From contig JBHGNT010000001.1 in assembly GCA_043228905.1 (NCBI GenBank), positions 10,974,001 through 11,038,000 on the forward strand: DNA of 64,000 nucleotides, written 5' to 3'. Made by a program: the position numbers and the translations under genes. Source of the DNA: Azolla caroliniana (lineage: Eukaryota; Plantae; Polypodiophyta). Below the pieces are notes generated by a model, which did not search any database, was not told the DNA's origin, and worked only from the letters and a program-made list of their open reading frames with translations. Below, in pieces: positions 56,495 through 64,000 of this stretch (the first letter of the stretch is position 1; the number at the start of each line of letters is the position of its first letter).

Positions 56495-59306
56495 TGTTGT
56501 CATGAGGATGTTCGGTCATGGTGGGAAAACCCGGGCGGAATGAATAAAACGAGATAAATTAGTAACCTAGGAGTAAATAAGCAAATGTAAAGTGTAAGGT
56601 GTTCTACGAAAGTTCATTAAGAATTAATATGGTGTGCACTTATGTGCACATGGGTGTAGGAAAGGGGAGTATGTGGGGAGTACAAATGTGATGGGCAATG
56701 GCATTGAAAGCGTGAGGGGAGAGAATTAAAGGCCCACCGATTTAAGATCATGGGAGATATTCCCCATTAAAGGAGGTGGGATTTGACTCCCCTTTATGTA
56801 ATGAGCCTCACCCCTTACTACTATAAAAGGGAGTGAGGGGTCACTTTGTGAGGGCTTCCACTTTTGGGTTTTCTTTGGGGATTCGTCATTTTGTCATTAG
56901 AGGTAGACCGTTAGGATTTTCTTCATCATCTTTTCCCCGATTTCGTTTTAGGGTTTCGGTTTTAGGTTCCCCTTTCGTATCATTTCCCTTCTCTCGATTA
57001 GGGTTTAGTTCTTCTTCCTATTCGCTTGGGTTTTCTTCTATTGGTGCTTGAGTCCGGCTTATGGCCACGCTCGTAATCATATCATGGCTTACATGCCTTA
57101 TAGTGTAATTTGCTTGTTTAACCATGTCCTGATCTATTTCTCTATCGTGTTAATCTTGTTGGGATTACGGTCCCTTCGCATGGGATGGACGGATATCGGA
57201 GATGAATGCCGACGAGCCCGGTTTCGGTTTCGGATCCGGATGACGAAGACCCCGGTTTCGGTACCGGATGACGAATGTACCCGGAGAGCGATCCGGATGC
57301 AGGGACATATCCGTGAATATGTTCGCTATGGGCCCCTGAGGCTACAGTTGTAAATAGCCCAAAGTCATATAAGTATAAATATGACTTAGGGCAAACAGTT
57401 TTGTTGTTGCTTCTCATTTTTCTGTTTTTCCACTCAAGAGGAGTGAAGTGTAAGCAGCCGTGAGAGAGAGAGAGAGAGAGATAGAGCGCGAGAGAGGAAG
57501 AGGACGACGCCTCTGTGTATTTCCGCCGCCTGTGGCGAGGACAGCGAGCTCAAGGTCGTCGCCTTGGAGCTCGTCATTGTATACTTCTCTTTGTATAGTG
57601 TTGTTTGGAGTCTTGTACTCCCGTGGTTTTTCCCATCTAGGGTTTTCCACGTTAATCACTGTGTACTCGTGTATTTCTCTCTTTGGTTCCTATTTTCTGC
57701 TCCATTGATCCGCGATTACTCGGTTGTGGCCGGGTGAAGAAGGTGAATCGAAGCGTTGATTCTCAACAAACTGGTATCAGAGCGACTGTTGCAGAAAATG
57801 GAAGGCGGCGGCAGCGGGCAGCCGGGGATGATGGTGCTGAATGCACAGAATTACGCCGACTGGAAGATCAAGATGGAGGATCTTCTGATTGTTCGGGACC
57901 TGTACGAACCGATTGACAGGTCGGAAATACCGAAGGGGGTACTTGAGTCGGAGTGGAAGCTCCTGAACCGGAAAGCCGTAGCGACGATCCGACAATATGT
58001 CGATGTAAGCGTCCTACAACATGTGGCGAACGACACCAACGCATATGAGATGTGGAAGAAGCTGTCGGGCCTCTACGAGAGGAAGAATGCGTTGAACCGG
58101 ACCTCCCTGATGAGGAAGATAGTGAATCTCAAGTACCGGGACGGCGAGAGTATGGTGGAACACGTAAGCACGTTCATGGGATTCGTGAATCAGCTTGCAG
58201 CGATCAAGTTCCCGTTGGAGGATGCAATGCAAGCCATCATCCTGATGTGTACATTGCCGGAAAGCTGGGAGAACTTGGTGGTGACTCTCAGCACCTCCTG
58301 CACCGAAGATAACTTGTCCCTACAAACGGTAAAGACAAGTATTTTGAACGAAGAAGCGCGTCGGAGAGATAAGGAACCGGCCTCCGACCCGAAGATGTTG
58401 TTTACCGAATCGGATCGGGGAAGACAATGGAACCGGAGTCCGCAAAGACGGGAGAAGTCGGGGACCCGGTCGCAGTCAAGAGGAAGGCCCACATGCTTCC
58501 ACTGTGGGAAGCCGGGGCACTTCCGAAAGAATTGTCGGCATTACCGAAAAGACAATGGAACCGACAACACCGATTCGAAGAAGTCACCGGAGAGAAACGG
58601 TGCATACCGGGGAGCCACGGACCGGAATGGTTCGGATCGGCGAGGTCAGGACCGGAAAGGAACGACGGCACTCGCGGCAAGTGAAGAGGAGATCATGCTC
58701 ATCACCGAAGAAGGTGAACTAAACATTGCCGGCGATGAGACGACCTGGGTGGTCGATTCCGGAGCATCGTTCCACCTGACCCCGGAGAGAAGATACTTCT
58801 CATCCTACACAGCCGGTGAGCATGGCTGTGTTCGGATGGGAAACGAAGGTACGTGCCGGATTGCCGGCATAGGAGATGTGTGGCTGACAACCCCGACCGG
58901 ATGCAAAATGCTGCTGAAGAATGTCCGACACGTTCCGGAGGTCCGACTGAACCTGATTTCGGCCGGGAGGCTAGATGATGAAGGCTACACGGGTAGCATC
59001 CGGAACGGTGTCATGAAGTTCAGCAAGGGGAGCTTGATAGTGGCTCGGGCCCGGAAGGTCAACACACTGTACCTGATGAATGCCTGGTTGTGTCCGGAAG
59101 AGCTGAATGTGGCAGCCGACACTGCCGGTGAGCTGTGGCACAAAAGACTGTGCCACATGAGTGAGAAGGGGATGAAGAGGCTTGCAGAAGACAACCTTAT
59201 CCCAGTGAAGCATGTGCACCTGGAGAACTGCACCGATTGCCTGGCCGGTAAGCAGAACCGAACTTCCTTCCACTCAAGGCCACCGACGAGACGTAGCGCA
59301 CCATTG
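56495..59306 (+). mobile_element. 3'-truncated Ty1/copia element (Tnt1/Tork-like): LTR 56495-57768, PBS 57772-57783
   Basis: TGTTG...CAACA termini followed by tggtatcagagc (iMet PBS); left LTR boundary less certain. Confidence 0.88.
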
Positions 59307-59318
59307 GATAAGGGATAA
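57798..59318 (+). CDS. Copia gag-protease-integrase zinc finger, truncated
   Basis: LNAQNYADWKIKMEDLL, CFHCGKPGHFRKNC, WVVDSGASFH, NLISAGRLD and LWHKRLCH..C..C motifs; frame runs into unrelated sequence at ~59306. Confidence 0.92.
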   Translation: MEGGGSGQPGMMVLNAQNYADWKIKMEDLLIVRDLYEPIDRSEIPKGVLESEWKLLNRKAVATIRQYVDVSVLQHVANDTNAYEMWKKLSGLYERKNALNRTSLMRKIVNLKYRDGESMVEHVSTFMGFVNQLAAIKFPLEDAMQAIILMCTLPESWENLVVTLSTSCTEDNLSLQTVKTSILNEEARRRDKEPASDPKMLFTESDRGRQWNRSPQRREKSGTRSQSRGRPTCFHCGKPGHFRKNCRHYRKDNGTDNTDSKKSPERNGAYRGATDRNGSDRRGQDRKGTTALAASEEEIMLITEEGELNIAGDETTWVVDSGASFHLTPERRYFSSYTAGEHGCVRMGNEGTCRIAGIGDVWLTTPTGCKMLLKNVRHVPEVRLNLISAGRLDDEGYTGSIRNGVMKFSKGSLIVARARKVNTLYLMNAWLCPEELNVAADTAGELWHKRLCHMSEKGMKRLAEDNLIPVKHVHLENCTDCLAGKQNRTSFHSRPPTRRSAPLDKG

Positions 59319-59587
59319 GCTCGAAGGTCGTAAGGGATAAGCTCCCCTTTTGAGCTCGAAGGTCGTAAGGGATAAGCTCCCATTTCCTGTCTATTCCCTA
59401 GTCCAAGACACCCGTGGTCCCGCCCAAGCTGACACGTACTCGCGGATTTCCGCGACACCGTCTCTCAATCTCTCTGTATCTATCTTAATTACTTTCTCAC
59501 TAAAGCTAGCACAACCTTTGAATCCTTCAAGTCCAGGACCCCGGTGGTCCCGCTTCATTTCGCGAACACGCGAGGATTTCCTCGACA
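59307..59587. mobile_element. Terminal fragment of a further LTR
   Basis: Short repeats taagggataagctc/gaaggtcg; ends ...ctcgaCA directly before the host RT resumes. Confidence 0.55.
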
Positions 59588-61701
59588 ACGCCAAAAGTGA
59601 GAAATGTGAATTCGATTGGACCTCTGTCGAATTCCCAGGCTACGTGATTTCACCCTCTGGGATCACAATGGATGCACGCAAGGTAGCGTCAATCACCGAT
59701 TGGCCTATCCCTACTCGGTTGAAAGAGGTACAATCATTTCTTGGTTTTGCAAATTTCTATCGACGATTTATCAATGGTTTTTCCTTTTTAGTGCAACCTC
59801 TACTCATCCTTACTAGAAAAGATACTCCATTTCTTTGGACCTTCGTGGCACAAAGTGTTTTTGATGCCCTCAAGGCAGCTTTTCTCACAACCCCAGTGTT
59901 GGTCCACCCCGACCCCACAAAGGACCTTCCAAGTTGAAATTGATGCCTCCGACTTTGTCATTGGAGTTGTCCTATCCCAACTAGACGACAAGGGCACAAT
60001 ACGTCTTGTTGCCTTCTACTCTTGGAAATTTACAACCCCGAAAATCAATTATCCAGTCTATGACAAGGAGCTTGCATCAATCATTTTTGCCTTCGCCAAA
60101 AGGCGATTCTATTTCACTGGGGCCCAACATCGTATCCAAGTGTTGACCAACCACAAAAATCTAATTTACTTCACCACCAGTCATACATTGAATCGGAGGC
60201 AAGCCCGATGGTCATCTTTTCTAGCCGACTACGAATTCGAGATCTTGTTTCGACCCGGAGTTCAACATGGGAAAGTTGATGCCCACTGTCGGCGACTTGA
60301 TTTCGCATTGCACCCAGGGGATGATGCATATTCGCAACAATCCCATTGTTTGTTGAGGCCCGATCAACTTCAGATGTTCGCCACCTGCATGTTGCATGAT
60401 GATTATATGTTCAACGAGATTGTCACGGCAACCTTGTCAAACCCATTCGCCAAAGACGTCATGGCTCGCATCAATGACCCATCCCCGGACATGAAAAGCT
60501 CATATCTTAACCAATTTACAACCCGGGATGGGTTACTGAATCGTAATCATCTCTTGTACGTTCCCAAAGGACCGCGTCGTACATGGGTATTACAAAACTG
60601 TCATGATGATCCTCTTTCCAGCCACTTTGGGGTCACGAAAACCCTAGAGTTGCTATCTCGAGGGTTTTGATGGCCCCAACCTTGGAAATTTGTCAAGGAA
60701 TTTATCAAGACATGTGATGTATGTGCTTGGTCCAAAACGGCTCATCATCGGTCATACGGTCTTCTCCACGCTCCTAATTCCAAGTCGACCATGGGCCTCT
60801 CTATTCATGGACTTTATAACCGACCTCCCTCTGGTCAGTGGCCATGACACGGTGCTAGTAATTGTCGATCGGTTTTCGAAGATGGCTCACTTTGTCCCAT
60901 GTTCCAAAACCATTTCCGAATAAGAGAAAAAATATTGTTCGATTACACGGCTTACTCGAGGATATCACCTCTGATCAAGATTCTCAATTCATTTCCCACT
61001 TTTGGCGACGATTTTTGTAGACATTCAGGACTTCTATAAACTTGTCATCAGTGTACCATCCTCAAATTGATGGACAAACTGAATGAGTTAACCAAATCCT
61101 CGAACAATACCTCTGGTGTACAGTGAGCTACCAACAAGAGGATTGGGTGGACTTCATTACAATGGCAGGATTTGCCTACAATAATAGTATCCATGCTTTG
61201 ACTAAGGTTTCCCCCTCTTTGCAAACTATGGATTTCACCCTCGTTTTGGCATTTCCATACCTGCAACTTCGGTCAATCCTTCGGCCGAGACACGTGCCCG
61301 CACTTTACACGATGTCCATCATGACCTCTCCTTGGAGTTCCGTGTCACTGGCGACCAGTATAAAGATCAGGCGGACTGACATTGCTTGGCTGCACCGACG
61401 TTTGCAGTCGAGGACATGGTTTGGTTGTTACGTCGCCACATCGCCACCACACGTCCTTATGCAAAATTGGACTACAAAAGACTAGGCCCCTTCCGTATCA
61501 TCGAGCAGATCAACCCAATCGCCTACCAGTTAGCACTTCCTCCAACATTCAAGATTCACGATGTTTTTCACGTTTCCCTCCTCAAACTCTACCATCCTTC
61601 TCGAATTCCAGGACGACAACCTCCTCCACTACCGCCGCCACCTGTGGAATTGTCAACGAGGGAAGAATATGAGGTTGACCAAATCCTCGACTCCCGCTAT
61701 C

Positions 61702-61970
61702 GTCATCGATAACTCCAATATTTGGTCTTATGGAAAGGTTACCCCATTTTGGACGCCACATGGGCACCGGTTACACATTTACAAAATGCTCCAAAGGCCA
61801 TTCGCAATTTTCATCAACGATACCCACATAAGTCGGTCGTCGACAACTCCAATATTTGGTCTTATGGAAAGGTTGCCCCATTTCAGACGCCACATGGGAA
61901 CCGGTTACACATTTACAAAATGCTCCAGAGGCCATTCGCGATTTTCATCAACAATGCCCACATAAGCCGA
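61702..61970 (+). repeat. ~134-bp tandem duplication of the chromodomain C-terminal half
   Basis: aactccaatatttggtcttatggaaaggtt...cccacataag present twice. Confidence 0.9.
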
Positions 61971-62345
61971 CCTCAAAGGAAGGATAATGTCATTATGGAC
62001 ATGATGCAATGTGGGGGGTTGAACCTATGACCTCTTGGTCTTATTAGAAAACCTTACCAATTGAGCTACATCCATCTATGCATTATTGCATTGTATTGTA
62101 AGATTCAACTTATTACATTTTAGGTTAATCACTAGAACTTTCAAGAAACTTCTAGAGAATGCATCTTCATGCACTCTCTAGATGTTTCCTAGCTTACATG
62201 CATATCTCCACATTCTTGTATAAATAGTTGGGTGCACCTTGATTACAATCAAGGTGAACAACACCAGTTACGAAAGCATAATTCAGTTCTCGCCCTGTTG
62301 TCTATTTCCTCTCTCTCTTTCTTGCTCTCTTGTCTATGCTCTCTC

Positions 62346-64000
62346 TGTTACGGGCATGACCATATAATATCCCATGGTGAGAATTTACCGTAGTATTATA
62401 TACACGTGGATAAGTGTGAGGGTTAAACGAGAATGTAAAGAAGGGGAAGATTACTTTTAATCCTCGGGATTGAGACAACCCATTAGGCCAAGTGTGAACT
62501 TGCCTAGGGGCCTTGGGTCTCGCTATAAATATGAGGCCTAGCTACCCTCATTTCATCATCATCTTTTGACAACATTGAGACTCTGTTCTTGTGGTGGGTC
62601 AACTCTTGTAGCAAGCGCGCCAACACCAGGTACAACTCGACGCCACGGCAGTGGTATGGGACGCTAATTGAGGCTCAAGTCCGTCTCGATCCCTTCGCTC
62701 GGGGGTGGTTGGGTGGATCATCACCCTTCTTTCTCTCTCTCCTTTCTTATTTCTTATATCTTTTATCCTTATCATATGCTTACATTAGACCATAACTCTA
62801 ACAATTGGTATCATAGCTCATGTTTCTAATGTTTCTTTTGTTGGTTTTTGTTTTCTTCTTGATTGATGGTGATTGATCGACGACAGTCAACCTTGATCCA
62901 GATAACAATCAACAAAGGAACTTCGATAACTTTTCCTTCTTCTTCTTTTCTATTGTTTCTTCTCCCAATCTAATCATGTATAGTCAATATGTGTTTTCTT
63001 TTATTGATTCAATGATGTTGTAGTGGTAATTAATTGGTTGTATAAAACGTTTACATATGTGTATGAGGTCAATACCTCATTTGACATATATTTGATATGT
63101 GATTCGTGTCGAATGCGTACAAGGTTAATACCTCAATTGCATATTACGTTCACATACATATGTTACGTATGTGTATGAGGTCAATACCTCGATTTCTAAC
63201 TAAATGATATGTGTTTGGTGTTGTATGTGTAAGAGGTTAAAACCTCAATTGTGTATTACGATTAACCCTTATTTTTTGATGTTTCGTGTGTGTAGAGGCT
63301 ATATGCCTCGATTACATCATTGTTGGCTATTTGATATTATGATTTTTTTTAATATATGCATATGTGGTCACGTGTATACGTATTTGATCATATATATGTG
63401 ATAAATATACATATGTGTATATTAGTTATTACGTTATTTCTATATCGTATGTGTATATTCGGGGAAAGGATCTTGGTGGCCGTCCTCACATTTTTGTGTG
63501 AATGACATAGTCACCATCCTTTTTTCAACAAATTTTTTTTGTTGACATCCTCATTGGTCACTTCGATTTCGTTACGTAACGAAACGATCATAGCCACAGT
63601 GATGTTGAGAACATAGGGCTTGACCCACTTCATGTCAGGTTGCTCCTAGGACACACATATCCAACATCCCTCCCTCATTACATGGATATGATGCCACCAT
63701 GAGATCATTCTTATGAAAGGCATTCGTAATGACGTAACCATGTGATGGGCCACGTGGGCCTACTACGAAAAGAGGGCTCATTTGGCTTGAACATTAGGTT
63801 GCACTTTGGCGTATGCCATTGTAATTATGAGACTTGAGGTTAGGTAACGTACCAACATAGTTTGTGGTAAACAAAGGGAAATAAGGACTCTTGACATATA
63901 TGTTTCTTTTAAAAAAAACATATATGGGCAAATGTCTCGCATATCTCTTATACACATAAAACATTCAACATGAGCAACCTATTTGGTTAGCTTAAGTGTT
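62346..64000 (+). mobile_element. 5' LTR (62346-62803), PBS and leader of a second member of the 23561-38548 chromovirus family; runs off the window
   Basis: Reverse-complement similarity to ~36890-38548; PBS tggtatcatagc at 62806-62817; inserted in the CT-rich part of the host 3' LTR. Confidence 0.93.

Larger units (their letters stand above)
44683..62345 (+). mobile_element. Old Tcn1-like chromovirus hosting the second nest: 5' LTR 44683-45065, gag/PR/RT 45125-47390, RT/RH/INT/chromodomain 59588-61975, 3' LTR from 61988 (interrupted at 62346)
   Basis: Matching LTRs; RT frame EHGLY (47390) resumes as AKSEKCEF (59590); [22 protein letters not shown] and EEYEVDQILDSR motifs; PPT aaaggaagga before 61988. 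Confidence 0.92.

Noticed and set aside
56560-57350. Possible nested solo LTR inside the long copia LTR (two TATA-like boxes at ~56822 and ~57373)
   Set aside because: Could not find TG...CA ends with a TSD, and there is no second LTR for comparison.

Overview
This is eukaryotic plant nuclear DNA; the intron-containing genes, PLS-type PPR gene and Tcn1-like chromoviruses suggest a non-seed plant such as a fern (inference). The first ~19 kb is a gene island: 3' exons of a MEKK1-like MAPKKK, a head-to-head pair of PPR genes, and a three-exon DUF985/cupin gene with a decayed copia element in its intron. From ~19 kb to the end is a deep transposon nest. An L1-type LINE is split by a chromovirus (TSD TAAGA), which itself holds a rearranged, partly inverted non-chromoviral gypsy with a long extra ORF. 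After a deleted copia element (TSD AATAT), an old Tcn1-like element contains a CACTA end, a young Tcn1-like element with three LTRs, a solo LTR and a truncated Tnt1-like copia. Main observations: (1) three different LTR families carry an antisense tRNA-like A-box/B-box cassette near one LTR end; (2) the two Tcn1-like elements lack a tRNA PBS and show Tf1-type self-priming complementarity with different sequences; (3) crossed TSDs around three near-identical LTRs imply capture of a circularly permuted 1.37-kb DNA; (4) a gypsy copy has gag-pro inverted exactly at its PBS; (5) a PPR protein carries an unrecognised six-copy Cys/His N-terminal repeat. All coordinates were read by eye and no database searches were run.
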